A stretch of 64,000 bases of DNA from Tepidiformaceae bacterium (lineage in GTDB: Bacteria > Chloroflexota > Dehalococcoidia > Tepidiformales > Tepidiformaceae), in contig OZ253575.1 in NCBI GenBank assembly GCA_965262975.1, forward strand, positions 2,530,951 through 2,594,950. Direction: 5' to 3'. Within the stretch, counting starts at the first letter, position 1, and each line of letters opens with the position of its first letter. The notes under the pieces were generated by a model. The model searched no databases, had not been told where the DNA came from, and saw only the letters and a program-made list of their open reading frames with translations. A program made the translations under genes and the position numbers. Shown here piece after piece: positions 50,307-60,217 of this stretch.

Positions 50307-50811
50307 GACCGAAGAGCCGCGCCTCTCCCACCTCGACGAGCGCGGCGGCGCCCGCATGGTCGATGTTTCCGGTAAGGCGATCACGGCGCGGGAGGCGGTG
50401 GCGGAGGGGTTCGTGGCGATGCGCCCGCAGACGCTGGCGCTCATCCAGGAGGGCGGTCTGCCCAAGGGCGATGTGCTGGCGGTGGCGCGCGTGGCCGGGA
50501 TCCAGGCGGCGAAGCGCACGAGCGAGCTTGTGCCCATGTGCCACCCCCTGCCCATCTCCGGCATCGCGATCGCGCTTGACGCCGTGGACGGCGCGCGCCT
50601 GCGCGTCCGGGCGACGGTGCGAACGGAGGGCCGCACGGGCGTCGAGATGGAGGCGCTGACGGCGGTCAGCGTGGCCGCCCTCACGGTCTACGATATGTGC
50701 AAGGCGGTCGACCGGGGCATGCGCATCGAAGGCGTGCGCCTGCTGGAGAAGCGCGGGGGCAAGAGCGGCGAGTGGGTTGCGGACGAGGAGCCCGCACCTT
50801 CCGCTCGCTGA
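50296..50811 (+). CDS. moaC: Cyclic pyranopterin monophosphate synthase MoaC
   Basis: [18 protein letters not shown]...[31 protein letters not shown]...[26 protein letters not shown]. Confidence 0.95.
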   Translation: MAPETEEPRLSHLDERGGARMVDVSGKAITAREAVAEGFVAMRPQTLALIQEGGLPKGDVLAVARVAGIQAAKRTSELVPMCHPLPISGIAIALDAVDGARLRVRATVRTEGRTGVEMEALTAVSVAALTVYDMCKAVDRGMRIEGVRLLEKRGGKSGEWVADEEPAPSAR

Positions 50812-50851
50812 ACGCACCCCCAAACTCGGAGTGAGCCTGGCCCGCTCGCGC

Positions 50852-50880
50852 TTGCCGCCCCTACCCCTCGGGTGTAGGTT
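50852..50880 (+). promoter_or_regulatory. Possible nuo operon promoter TTGCCG-N17-TAGGTT
   Basis: Hexamers at 50852-50857 and 50875-50880 with a 17-nt spacer, about 95 nt upstream of nuoA. Confidence 0.3.
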
Positions 50881-50973
50881 TGTGGCGCAAATCACAAGGG
50901 CCTCGGGGGCAGCCTTGGTGGTCGCGTTTGCGCGGCCCGCAGCGCCCCGGCGCTCGACGGCGAAAGCGAGGCC

Positions 50974-51336
50974 ATGAGCTTCTACGACGACTGGTCCGCC
51001 GTCCTGATCGCCGCGATCGTTGGCTTCTTCCTGGTGTTCTCGGCGCTGATCGGCGCCCGCCTGCTCGGTCCCTTCGCGCGCGAGCGGGGCAAGGGCGTCT
51101 CCTACGAGTGCGGCATGCTCCCCATCGGCCGCAACTGGGCGCAGGTCCACGTCCGCTACTACCTCTTCGCGATCATGTTCCTGATCTTTGATGTCGAGAC
51201 CATTTTCATCTTCCCCTGGGCGGTCATCTTCGTCGGCGCGCCCGCCTATGTGTTCTGGTACATGTTCACCTTCATCGTCGTGTTGAGCGCCGGGCTGGTG
51301 TACGCCTGGCGCCGCGGCGTTCTGGAGTGGCGATGA
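50974..51336 (+). CDS. nuoA: NADH-quinone oxidoreductase subunit A
   Basis: 120 aa, three TM helices: [13 protein letters not shown]...[23 protein letters not shown]. Confidence 0.93.
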   Translation: MSFYDDWSAVLIAAIVGFFLVFSALIGARLLGPFARERGKGVSYECGMLPIGRNWAQVHVRYYLFAIMFLIFDVETIFIFPWAVIFVGAPAYVFWYMFTFIVVLSAGLVYAWRRGVLEWR

Positions 51337-51917
51337 GCAACGACGCGACCACGCCCGCCGACGGCCCCGTGATGCCCGCCTACGTGCCCGACTTCGGCAA
51401 CGAGGCGGAGCGCCTGACCCCCGTTGACCTGCCCGAGCAGACGGCCGCCTACCGCATCGTGATGCCGGGCATCCTGCAGACGGGCGTCGATACGGTGCTG
51501 GCGATGAGCCGCAAGAGTTCGCTCTGGCCCATGACCTTCGGGCTGGCCTGCTGCGCGATCGAGATGATCGGCACCTTCATGAGCAACCACGACCTCGACC
51601 GTTTCGGCATCGTCCCCTGGCCCAGCCCCCGCCAGAGCGACGTGATGGTCGTCTCGGGCACGGTCACCAAGAAGATGGCGCCCGCGATCAAGCTCCTCTA
51701 CGAGCAGATGCCGAACCCCAAGTACGTCATCTCCATGGGCGCCTGCGCCACCAACGGCGGGCCTTACACGGAGTACGACCGCGTGCTCCAGGGCGTCGAC
51801 AAGATCATCCCGGTGGACGTCTACGTGCCGGGCTGCCCGCCCCGCCCCGAATCGCTGCTCGATGGCTTCCTGCGGTTGCAGGAGAAGATCATGGAAGAGA
51901 AGAGGATGGTCGGGTGA
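51333..51917 (+). CDS. nuoB: NADH-quinone oxidoreductase subunit B
   Basis: [16 protein letters not shown]...[12 protein letters not shown]...[11 protein letters not shown]...[13 protein letters not shown] (N2 cluster cysteines). ATG 51333 overlaps the nuoA stop (ATGA). The track start is GTG 51327. Confidence 0.95.
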   Translation: MSNDATTPADGPVMPAYVPDFGNEAERLTPVDLPEQTAAYRIVMPGILQTGVDTVLAMSRKSSLWPMTFGLACCAIEMIGTFMSNHDLDRFGIVPWPSPRQSDVMVVSGTVTKKMAPAIKLLYEQMPNPKYVISMGACATNGGPYTEYDRVLQGVDKIIPVDVYVPGCPPRPESLLDGFLRLQEKIMEEKRMVG

Positions 51918-52429
51918 GCGCCGAAGCGCAGACGGGCGAGCCGGAGATCGTGGCGCTCGTGCGGGAGCGGCTGCCGGACATCCCCTTCGAGGCCTCCGAG
52001 ACGAAGACGTACGCCGACCTGCGCGTTACGGCCGAGCACTTCCTCGCCTTCGTGACCGGTCTGCGCGACGACCCCGAACTCTCCTTCGACCTGCTCCGCA
52101 ACATCGTCGCAATGGACATGGAGGAGGCAGGGCTGGAGGCGAAGTACCACCTCTACTCCTTCCCCCATGGCCACGCCCTGCAGATCACGGTGCCGGCGCC
52201 CATCCCGAGTCTCGCCATCCCCAGCATCACGGGGCTCTACCCCGCGGCCAACTGGCACGAGCGGGAGGCGGCGGAGATGGTGGGGCTGGTGTTCACGGGA
52301 CATCCCGACCCGCGCAACCTGCTGCTGGAGGAGGACCTCCGCATCCACCCGCTGCGCAAGGCGCATCCGCTCCAGAAGGCGGAGATCCTGCAGGGCATCG
52401 AAGACGGCCCGCCCGGGGTGGAGGTCTAG
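51914..52429 (+). CDS. nuoC: NADH-quinone oxidoreductase subunit C
   Basis: 171 aa: ...[31 protein letters not shown]... Typical 30-kDa subunit motif. GTGA overlap with nuoB. Confidence 0.92.
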   Translation: MSAEAQTGEPEIVALVRERLPDIPFEASETKTYADLRVTAEHFLAFVTGLRDDPELSFDLLRNIVAMDMEEAGLEAKYHLYSFPHGHALQITVPAPIPSLAIPSITGLYPAANWHEREAAEMVGLVFTGHPDPRNLLLEEDLRIHPLRKAHPLQKAEILQGIEDGPPGVEV

Positions 52430-53575
52430 ATGTCGGTCTGGCCCGAGGAGCGCGTCACCACCGCCGAGGGTGATCTCGACACGGTCGACATGACCATCAA
52501 CGTCGGCCCGCAGCACCCGGCCACGCACGGCGTGTTCCGCATGGTGCTCACCGTCGACGGCGAACTCGTGGTCGACTGCGAGCCGTACATCGGCTACCTG
52601 CACCGGGGCCTGGAGAAGCTCTCGGAGAACGCGGACTACCGCCAGGCGATGGGCTGGTGGGACCGCACCGACTACCTCGCCGGCATGTGCTGCGAGGGCG
52701 CCTACGTGATGGCCGTCGAGAAGCTGGCCGGGATCGAGGTTCCGGAGCGCGCGGAGTACATCCGCGTGATGATGATGGAGCTCTCGCGCATCAACTCGCA
52801 CTTCATGTTCCTGGGCGCGTTCGGCGCGGACGTGGGCTCGTTCGGCACGAGCTTCGTCTACGCCTGGCGCGAGCGGGAGCGCATCTACGACCTCTTCGAG
52901 GAGGTGGCGGGGGACCGCATGTTCCCCACCTACTTCCGCATCGGCGGGGTGACGATGGACCTGCCCGACAACTTCGAGTCGCGCTGCCGCTGGGTGCTCG
53001 GCTCGATCAAGCAGGGGCTTGAGGACCTGGACGGGCTGCTGACGGGCAACGAGGTGTTCGTCGAGCGCTGCCAGGGGCTCACGCCGATCACGCCGGAGCA
53101 GGCGATCGCGTGGGGCTTCACGGGGCCGATGCTGCGCGCCACGGGTGTCCCCTGGGACATCCGCAAGGCGGAGCCCTACAGCGTCTACCCGAAGCTCGAC
53201 TTCGAGATTCCCGTGGGGCGCCAGGGCGACGTGTTTGACCGCTTCCACGTGCGTCTGGCGGAGTGCTACCAGAGCGTCCGCATCGTCGAGCAGTGCCTCG
53301 AGGAGATTCCCGAGGGGCTGGTGCTCGCGCCGAAGCTGCCGAAGACGCTGCGCATTGCCGAGGGCGAACTCTACATGCCGACCGAGGGCACGAAGGGCGA
53401 GTACGGCGTCTACATGATGGCGAAGGGCGGCAACCAGCCCTACCGCGCGAAGCTGCGCTCGCCCTCCTTCTGCAACCTCTCCGCCCTGAAGGAGCTGGTG
53501 GTCGGCAGCTACGTGGCCGACGCCATCATCATCCTGGGGTCGCTCGACATCGTGCTGGGCGAGGTGGACAAGTGA
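52430..53575 (+). CDS. nuoD: NADH-quinone oxidoreductase subunit D
   Basis: 381 aa: MTINVGPQHPATHGVFRMVLTVDGELVVDCEPYIGYLHRGLEKL...RSPSFCNLSAL...DIVLGEVDK. Confidence 0.96.
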   Translation: MSVWPEERVTTAEGDLDTVDMTINVGPQHPATHGVFRMVLTVDGELVVDCEPYIGYLHRGLEKLSENADYRQAMGWWDRTDYLAGMCCEGAYVMAVEKLAGIEVPERAEYIRVMMMELSRINSHFMFLGAFGADVGSFGTSFVYAWRERERIYDLFEEVAGDRMFPTYFRIGGVTMDLPDNFESRCRWVLGSIKQGLEDLDGLLTGNEVFVERCQGLTPITPEQAIAWGFTGPMLRATGVPWDIRKAEPYSVYPKLDFEIPVGRQGDVFDRFHVRLAECYQSVRIVEQCLEEIPEGLVLAPKLPKTLRIAEGELYMPTEGTKGEYGVYMMAKGGNQPYRAKLRSPSFCNLSALKELVVGSYVADAIIILGSLDIVLGEVDK

Positions 53576-54711
53576 CGGAGTTCCCGTTCGGCGACGCGTT
53601 CTTCGGACTGAACTGGCTCGATGCGATCATCCGCGTCCTCATCGTCGTCGCGGTGATGACGCTCGTGGTGGTCTACCTCACCTACGGCGAGCGCAAGGTG
53701 GTGGCGCGCTTCCAGATGCGGCTGGGGCCGACGCGCACGGGTCCGCTGGGCCTGCTGCAGGGCTTCGCCGACGCGATCAAGCTGCTCATCAAAGAGGACC
53801 TGCGCCCGCGCAACGCCGACCGCTGGGTGTTCGAGTTCGCCCCCTACCTCACCTTCATCCCCGTCTTCGTGGTGCTGGTGGCGCTGCCGTTTGCGCGCGA
53901 CTGGGGCGTGCGCAACCTGGCGCTGGGCATGTTCTTCGTGTTCGCCGTGCTGGGACTGAACATCGTGGGCGTGCTGATGGCCGGGCTGGGGTCGGGCAAC
54001 AAGTACGCGCTGCTCGGGGGCGTACGCGCCGCCGCGCAGATGATCAGCTACGAGATTCCCCTGGTGGTGGCCCTGCTGGCGGTGGCGATGGTGGCGGGCA
54101 CGCTCGACCTGAACGCGATCGTGAGCATGCAGGACACCCGCCCCTTCATCCTTATCCAGCCGCTGGCCTTCGTCATCTTCTTCACGGCCATGCTCTCGGA
54201 GCTGCACCGCGCGCCCTTCGACATCCCCGTGGCGGAGTCAGAGATCGTGGGCGGCTACTTCGTGGAGTACTCGGGCATCCGCTGGAGCATGTTCCAGCTG
54301 GCCGAGTACGCCTCGCTCTGGGCCTTCAGCATCTTCGGGTCGGCCATCTTCCTGGGTGGCTGGCAGTTCCCCTTCGGGGACGACTGGGGCTGGGGCTGGC
54401 AGCTCGTCCTGACGCTCATCAAGAGCGGGATCATGATCATGCTCATCTTCTGGGTGCGGACCACGCTGCCGCGCCTGCGCATGGACCAGCTCATGAGCTT
54501 CTGCTGGAAGGCGCTCATTGAGGTGAGCTTCGCGCTCCTGCTGGTCAATGGACTCTTCCTCTACTACCAGTGGCCGGAGCCGATTCTGGCGGCGGTCAAC
54601 TGGGTCGGGGCGATCCTCTTCCTGGGCGGCATCTACCTGCGCGCCTCTCGCAAGCCCTCCACGAAGAATCTCGTGGGCAGCTACAAGCACGCCGAGGTTC
54701 CCAACCCATGA
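53572..54711 (+). CDS. nuoH: NADH-quinone oxidoreductase subunit H
   Basis: GTG 53572 overlaps the nuoD stop (GTGA), so no space exists for nuoE/F/G. LTYGERKVVARFQMRLGPTRTGPLGLLQGFADAIKLLIKED...PFDIPVAESEIVGGYFVEYSG. Confidence 0.95.
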   Translation: MTEFPFGDAFFGLNWLDAIIRVLIVVAVMTLVVVYLTYGERKVVARFQMRLGPTRTGPLGLLQGFADAIKLLIKEDLRPRNADRWVFEFAPYLTFIPVFVVLVALPFARDWGVRNLALGMFFVFAVLGLNIVGVLMAGLGSGNKYALLGGVRAAAQMISYEIPLVVALLAVAMVAGTLDLNAIVSMQDTRPFILIQPLAFVIFFTAMLSELHRAPFDIPVAESEIVGGYFVEYSGIRWSMFQLAEYASLWAFSIFGSAIFLGGWQFPFGDDWGWGWQLVLTLIKSGIMIMLIFWVRTTLPRLRMDQLMSFCWKALIEVSFALLLVNGLFLYYQWPEPILAAVNWVGAILFLGGIYLRASRKPSTKNLVGSYKHAEVPNP

Positions 54712-56003
54712 TCGGAATCCTGAAGGGTCTCGCCACCACTCTCTCCACCTTCACCCGGCGTCCGGTCACCATCCAGTACCCGGACGAGAAGCACGCGCTC
54801 TCCGAGCGGCAGCGCAGCTTCCCCGTGCTGACCTGGGACTTCGACCACGACGAGCCGTTCTGCACGGGCTGCAACATCTGCGTGCGCAACTGCCCCGTGG
54901 ATTGCATGACGGCTACGATGCAGGACAACCCGAAGCACCCCGAGGGCACCAGCGACCGCCGTAAGATCGTGGAGAAGTTCTGGATCGACTACGCGCGCTG
55001 CATGCGCTGCAACATCTGCATCGAGGTCTGCCCCTTCGAGGCGATCTCGATGGACAACACCTGGGAAGGGCACGAGCACTCGGCCTACGACCGCCGCGAC
55101 CTGCACAAGGACATCGAGGACCTGCTGGAGTCGAGCAAGGCGGGCAGGCTCGACAATCCCTTCCGTCCGCTGGACAGCATCGAGGCGAACGCGGCCCTGG
55201 CCGAGGGCGAGGAAGCGCCCGCACCAGGATTCGCCGGCGGGCGCCCGGAGGCAAAGGCGGCACAGGCCGAGCGCATCGCGCAGGGGCTCGGGGCCGCCAT
55301 CCAGGAGCGCGAGCCGCAGGTACAGGCGCAGACGGCCACCGCCGGCACGGGCGCAACCGCCGAGGACGACGAAATCGCCACGCTGTCGGATCGCAAGATT
55401 CGCGCGCGCCGCATGAAGGCGGAGCGCGAGGCTCGCGCCGAGCGCGAGGCGGGCGAGGTGAGCGCCGAGACGATCGCCGCCCTGCGCCGCTACGCCAGCG
55501 AGCTGTACACGGAGATCACGGGGGAGCCCGTGCCGCCCATCGGCACGCCCGCGCCCGCCGCTGCCGCAGCGGCGCCGGCAGCGCCCGCGCCCGCCGGCGA
55601 CGTGGGCGACCCGAACTCGCCGCGCAAGCTGCGCGCGCGCCGCATGAAGGCGGAGCGCACCGCCCGCGAGCATCGCGAGAAGGGCGAGGAGGTGCCGGCG
55701 GAGGTTCTACAGGCGCTGAACGAGACGGAGAGCGACCTCTACAAGGAGATCACCGGGAACGACCCCACACCCGCGGGCGCGGCCCCGGCAGCGGCGCCCG
55801 CCGCCGCCCCTGCCGCCGAAGGGGCGGCGGGCGACCCGAACTCCTCGCGCAAGCTCCGTGCCCGCCGCATGAAGGCGGAACGCACCGCACGCGAGCACCT
55901 CGCCCAGGGCGAGGCCATCCCCGCGGATGTCGCGGCGACCATTACCGAGCTCGGCGGTACCCTTCCGACCGCGGAAGAAAGCGGAGGGGGCGCCGGCGCG
56001 TGA
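54708..56003 (+). CDS. nuoI: NADH-quinone oxidoreductase subunit I (2x[4Fe-4S]) with ~280-aa repeat-containing C-terminal extension
   Basis: ATGA overlap with nuoH. The core CTGCNICVRNCP ... CMRCNICIEVCP lies within the first ~135 aa. There follow three ~76-aa repeats carrying RK(I/L)RARRMKAER(E/T)AR..., separated by Ala/Pro linkers. Total 431 aa. Confidence 0.9.
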   Translation: MIGILKGLATTLSTFTRRPVTIQYPDEKHALSERQRSFPVLTWDFDHDEPFCTGCNICVRNCPVDCMTATMQDNPKHPEGTSDRRKIVEKFWIDYARCMRCNICIEVCPFEAISMDNTWEGHEHSAYDRRDLHKDIEDLLESSKAGRLDNPFRPLDSIEANAALAEGEEAPAPGFAGGRPEAKAAQAERIAQGLGAAIQEREPQVQAQTATAGTGATAEDDEIATLSDRKIRARRMKAEREARAEREAGEVSAETIAALRRYASELYTEITGEPVPPIGTPAPAAAAAAPAAPAPAGDVGDPNSPRKLRARRMKAERTAREHREKGEEVPAEVLQALNETESDLYKEITGNDPTPAGAAPAAAPAAAPAAEGAAGDPNSSRKLRARRMKAERTAREHLAQGEAIPADVAATITELGGTLPTAEESGGGAGA

Positions 56004-56503
56004 CCACCGAAATCCTCTGGTGGATCTTCGCGGTCGCCATCGTGGCGGTCTCGGCCGGGGTCGTGCTCTCCCGCACGGTCATCCACTCGGCCATCTTCCT
56101 CATCCTCAGCCTCGCGGGCGTGGGCGCGATGTACCTTTTCCTCACGGTCGCGTTCATCGCGCTCGTGCAGTTCCTCATCTACGGCGGGGCGGTCACGGTG
56201 CTTATCCTGCTGGCGCTCATGCTGACGCGCATGGGCATCGCGGGGACGCCCGAGCAGGTCACGGGCGTGCAAGCTCCCTTCGGGGCGCTGGTGGCGCTGG
56301 CGCTCATGGCCACGCTCATTGGCGTGGCCGTCTCCACGGCCTGGCCGGGCGACCTCGGTGACTCGTCCGTGGCGGTTTCGATCGAGACCATCGGCGAGCA
56401 GCTGTTCCAGAACTACGGCGCCCCCTTCATGATCATGGCCGCGGTGCTGCTGGTGGCCTTCGTCGGCGCGGTCGTCATCGCCCGGCAGGAGGATGGCGAC
56501 TAG
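56000..56503 (+). CDS. nuoJ: NADH-quinone oxidoreductase subunit J
   Basis: 167 aa, five TM helices: VQFLIYGGAVTVLILLALML... GTGA overlap with nuoI. Confidence 0.9.
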   Translation: MTTEILWWIFAVAIVAVSAGVVLSRTVIHSAIFLILSLAGVGAMYLFLTVAFIALVQFLIYGGAVTVLILLALMLTRMGIAGTPEQVTGVQAPFGALVALALMATLIGVAVSTAWPGDLGDSSVAVSIETIGEQLFQNYGAPFMIMAAVLLVAFVGAVVIARQEDGD

Positions 56504-56811
56504 TGGTTCCCATGGAGAACTACCTGGTCCTCAGCGGGATCCTGTTCTCGCTCGGCGTGTACGGCGTGCTCGCACGGCGCAACGCCGTGCTCGTGCTGAT
56601 GAGCGTGGAGCTGATGCTGAACGCCGTCAGCCTGAACTTCGTGGCCTTCTCCGCCTACCTCGACCCGGACAAGGCGACGGGCATCGTCTTCGCCGTCTTC
56701 GTCATCGCCGTGGCCGCCGCCGAGGTCGGCCTCGCGCTCGCCATCGTCATCCGGCTCTTCCGCAACCGTGCGACCGCCAACGTGGACGAGGCGGCCACGA
56801 TGCGGTGGTAG
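56503..56811 (+). CDS. nuoK: NADH-quinone oxidoreductase subunit K
   Basis: YLVLSGILFSLGVYGVLARRNAVLVLMSVELMLNAV...AAAEVGLALAIV. GTG 56503 lies 9 nt after AGGAGGA. ATG 56512 is the alternative. Confidence 0.92.
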   Translation: MVPMENYLVLSGILFSLGVYGVLARRNAVLVLMSVELMLNAVSLNFVAFSAYLDPDKATGIVFAVFVIAVAAAEVGLALAIVIRLFRNRATANVDEAATMRW

Positions 56812-56823
56812 GGGGCGCGGTCG

Positions 56824-58716
56824 ATGGCTGAGCACGCCTGGATCCTGGCGGCCGTACCGGCGATCGCGTTCATCGTGATGGCCGCCACGGGCCGCAAGCT
56901 GCCGCGCCAGGGCGACTGGATGGCGATCCTGTGCGCGACGAGCATCTTCGCGCTCTTCTTCGCCGTGCTGGCGAACTTCCTCAACCTGGGCGAGAGCGCC
57001 TGGCCGGTCCTGAACAGCATCGAGTGGACCACCATCGGCGACTTCCACCTGCGCATGGGCATCGCCGTGGACTCGATCACGATCGTGATGCTGGCCGTCA
57101 TCACCACGGTCGGGTTGATGGTGAACATCTTCTCCGTGGGCTACATGAAGGGCGAGCCCCGCTACTGGTGGTACTTCGCCGTCCTGCAGCTCTTCGTCGC
57201 CTCGATGCTGATGCTCGTGCTGGCCGACAACCTGCTCCTCCTCTACGTGGCCTGGGAACTGGTGGGGTTGAGCTCGTTCCTGCTCATCGGGCACTACTGG
57301 GAGCGGCGCTCGGCGGTGGAGGCGGCGAAGAAAGCCTTCATCACGACGCGCGTCGGCGACGTCGGCCTCCTCATCGGCATCATCCTGTTCTGGGACGCGA
57401 CCGGCACCTTCAACATCCTTGAGATCACGCAGCAGGTGGAGGAGGGCGCTATCGGCGGCACCCGCCTCTTCCTGACGATGATGTTCGTCCTCCTGGGAGC
57501 GATGGGGAAGAGCGCCCAGCTGCCCTTCCACGTGTGGCTGCCCGACGCCATGGAAGGCCCCACGCCCGTCAGCGCGCTCATCCACGCAGCCACGATGGTG
57601 GTGGCGGGCGTCTACCTGGTGGCGCGCATGCTGCCCATCTTCGAGGTGGCCGAAGGCGCCCTCCTGGTGGTCACCATGGTGGGGCTCATCACGGCGCTCT
57701 TCAGCGGGGTCGTGGCCTTCGCCCAGACAGACATCAAGAAGGTGCTCGCCTACTCGACTGTCAGCCAGCTCGGATTCATGTTCGTGGCCCTGGGGGCGGG
57801 GTTCGTGAGCGCCGGCATGTTCCACCTGTTCACGCACGCCTTCTTCAAGGCGCTCCTCTTCCTCGCGGCGGGCTCGGTCATCCTGGGCACGCACCACCAC
57901 CAGGAGATGAGCCAGCTTGGCGGGCTCTGGCGCAAGATGCCGATCACGGCCGCCACCTTCCTCATCGGATCGCTCGCCCTGGCGGGGCTCTTCCCGCTCG
58001 CGGGGTTCTGGAGCAAGGACGAGATCCTGCACGCCGTCGACGCTCACCGCGGAGCCTGGGCGTTCCTCCTGATCTCCATCGCCGCCATCATGACGGCGTT
58101 CTATTCGGCCCGACTCTTCATCCGTACCTTCCTGGGCAAGCCCCAGGACGAAGAGGTCGCGAGCCACACGCGCGAGAACGGCCTCGTGATCACACTGCCG
58201 CTCGTCTTCCTCGCCTTCCTCTCCATCGTGGCCGGCTTCTTCGTCTTCCAGGGCTTCGGGAGCGCCTTCGGCTTCCCCGGCGGATTCAGCGAGTTCGTCT
58301 TCCTGCACGGTCCCGAGGTGTTCCACGTGGACTGGGGCCTCGTGGGCCTCTCCACCGCGCTCTTCGTGGTCGGGACGTTCGGCGGCGCCTGGTTCTACTG
58401 GAACGGGCGGCTGGACCGCGCAACGGTGCTCGTCCAATGGCAGCCGCAGGTCTACGAGATGATCCAGCGCAAGTTCTACTTCGATGAGCTGTACCAGTTC
58501 CTCATCGACCGCGTGGTGCTCGGCTTCAGCTACCTCGTGAGCTGGTTCGACCGCTTCGCCGTGAACGACACGGGCGTCGATGGCACGGCCAACATGACGC
58601 ATTACGCGGGCTTCCTGCTGAAGCACCTGCAGACGGGCCGCGTGCCCAACTACGCGATGGCGATCGCGGTGGGCGTCGTCACGCTCGCGCTCATCAGCCT
58701 GGTGGTCGGGAGCTAG
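56824..58716 (+). CDS. nuoL: NADH-quinone oxidoreductase subunit L
   Basis: 630 aa antiporter-like subunit: LYVAWELVGLSSFLLIGHYW...GAMGKSAQLPFHVWLPDAMEGPTPVSALIHAATMV... Confidence 0.95.
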   Translation: MAEHAWILAAVPAIAFIVMAATGRKLPRQGDWMAILCATSIFALFFAVLANFLNLGESAWPVLNSIEWTTIGDFHLRMGIAVDSITIVMLAVITTVGLMVNIFSVGYMKGEPRYWWYFAVLQLFVASMLMLVLADNLLLLYVAWELVGLSSFLLIGHYWERRSAVEAAKKAFITTRVGDVGLLIGIILFWDATGTFNILEITQQVEEGAIGGTRLFLTMMFVLLGAMGKSAQLPFHVWLPDAMEGPTPVSALIHAATMVVAGVYLVARMLPIFEVAEGALLVVTMVGLITALFSGVVAFAQTDIKKVLAYSTVSQLGFMFVALGAGFVSAGMFHLFTHAFFKALLFLAAGSVILGTHHHQEMSQLGGLWRKMPITAATFLIGSLALAGLFPLAGFWSKDEILHAVDAHRGAWAFLLISIAAIMTAFYSARLFIRTFLGKPQDEEVASHTRENGLVITLPLVFLAFLSIVAGFFVFQGFGSAFGFPGGFSEFVFLHGPEVFHVDWGLVGLSTALFVVGTFGGAWFYWNGRLDRATVLVQWQPQVYEMIQRKFYFDELYQFLIDRVVLGFSYLVSWFDRFAVNDTGVDGTANMTHYAGFLLKHLQTGRVPNYAMAIAVGVVTLALISLVVGS

Positions 58717-58717
58717 C

Positions 58718-60217
58718 ATGGACGAAGCACAGGGCTACGTACTGCTGACCGCGCTCGCGCTGCCCCTGCTGGCGGCGGGAGCGCTGCTGTTCGTGCCCGG
58801 CTCCCAGAAGATGGTGGCGCGCTACTTCTCGGCCGTCATCGGCGCGATCCTGCTGGGGCTCTCGGTCTACGTCTTCCTCGCCTACCAGGCGAACGGCGAC
58901 ATCCTCCAGATGCAGCTGCAGTGGGCCTGGATCGAGAACGTCGGCTTCCTCAAGGAGAACGGCATCTCCTTGCACCTGGGCGTGGACGGCATCTCGGCGC
59001 TGATGACGCTGCTGACGGGTGTCGTCGCCTTTGCGGGCACGCTCGTCGCGTGGAAGCTCGAGTACCGCGCCAAGGACTTCTTCATCCTCTTCTGGATCCT
59101 GATCGCGGGCGTCTACGGCACGTTCTTCGCGCTGGACCTGTTCTTCTTCTTCTTCTTCTACGAGCTGGCGGTGGTTCCGCTCTACCTGCTCATCGGCATC
59201 TGGGGTTCGACGCGCAAGGAGTACGGCGCGATGAAGCTCACGCTGATGCTGGTGGGCGGCTCGGTGGGCATCTGGATCGGCATCTTCGCGGTCGTGCACG
59301 AGGCGGGGCTGGGTACCTTCGACCTGCCCACGCTCTGGGACGCCGCCGCCAATGGCGCCCTCGACCCGAACTTCCAGAAGATCATCTTCCCCTTCTTCGC
59401 TGTCGGCTGCGGCGTACTGGCGGGCCTCTGGCCGCTGCACACGTGGTCGCCCGACGGCCACATGTCGGCGCCCACCTCGGTCTCGATGGTGCACGCCGGC
59501 GTACTGATGAAACTGGGCGCCTTCGGCATCATCCGCCTGGGCATCCAGATCTTGCCCGAGGGCGCGGAGTTCTGGATGCCGGCGCTGCTGGTGCTGGGCA
59601 CCATCGGGGCGCTCTACGGGGCGATCGCGGCGCTCACGCAGCGGGATTTCAAGCTCATCAGCGGCTACAGCTCCGTGAGCCACATGGGCTACGTGCTCAT
59701 TGGTCTGGCCACGCTGCACGAGGTGGGCGTCAGCGGCGCCGCCCTGCAGATGTTCAGCCACGGCGTGATGACGGCCCTCGTCTTCCTCCTCATCGGGGCG
59801 CTCTACGACCAAGCGCACACGCGCGACCTGAGCGACTTCGGGGGCGTGGCCAAGGTGATGCCGCTCTGGGTGATTGCTTACGTGATGGCGGGCCTCGCGA
59901 ACGTGGGCTTGCCCGGGCTCTCGGGCTTCACGGCGGAGTTCCACATCTTCGTGGGCACGTTCAAGACCTATCCGATCTTCGGCGGGCTGGCCATCCTGGC
60001 GGCGGCGATCGCGGCTGCCTACATGCTGCGCATGTTCGCGGTCGTCTTCTTCGGACCGCTCAACCCGCGCTGGCGTGACCTGAAGGATCTGCGCCCGATC
60101 GAGGCGATCGCGGCAGGCCTGCTGATCGCCTCGATGCTGGCCATGGGTCTCTGGTGGTCGCCGTTTACCGACCGGCTCGCGAACACGGTCGTGAACCTTC
60201 CGGGGGTGACAAGCTGA
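58718..60217 (+). CDS. nuoM: NADH-quinone oxidoreductase subunit M
   Basis: 499 aa: FFFFFYELAVVPLYLLIGIWG...WPLHTWSPDGHMSAPTSVSMVHAGVLMKLG... Confidence 0.95.
   Translation: MDEAQGYVLLTALALPLLAAGALLFVPGSQKMVARYFSAVIGAILLGLSVYVFLAYQANGDILQMQLQWAWIENVGFLKENGISLHLGVDGISALMTLLTGVVAFAGTLVAWKLEYRAKDFFILFWILIAGVYGTFFALDLFFFFFFYELAVVPLYLLIGIWGSTRKEYGAMKLTLMLVGGSVGIWIGIFAVVHEAGLGTFDLPTLWDAAANGALDPNFQKIIFPFFAVGCGVLAGLWPLHTWSPDGHMSAPTSVSMVHAGVLMKLGAFGIIRLGIQILPEGAEFWMPALLVLGTIGALYGAIAALTQRDFKLISGYSSVSHMGYVLIGLATLHEVGVSGAALQMFSHGVMTALVFLLIGALYDQAHTRDLSDFGGVAKVMPLWVIAYVMAGLANVGLPGLSGFTAEFHIFVGTFKTYPIFGGLAILAAAIAAAYMLRMFAVVFFGPLNPRWRDLKDLRPIEAIAAGLLIASMLAMGLWWSPFTDRLANTVVNLPGVTS

Noticed and set aside
58319-58334. 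parS-like TGTTCCACGTGGACTG inside nuoL
   Set aside because: Only the left half-site and core match (about 12/16) and the right arm is unrelated. It is most likely a chance CACGTG-centred sequence in coding DNA.
56500-58719. 739-aa minus-strand ORF; likewise 35524..37275 (-), 40603..42129 (+), 41616..42872 (-) and 18626..19480 (+)
   Set aside because: All overlap confidently identified genes (nuoK/nuoL, slt, yidC/jag, the 18827..19549 membrane-protein gene) in another frame or on the other strand. All show the Arg/Gly/Pro/His bias of non-coding frames in GC-rich DNA.
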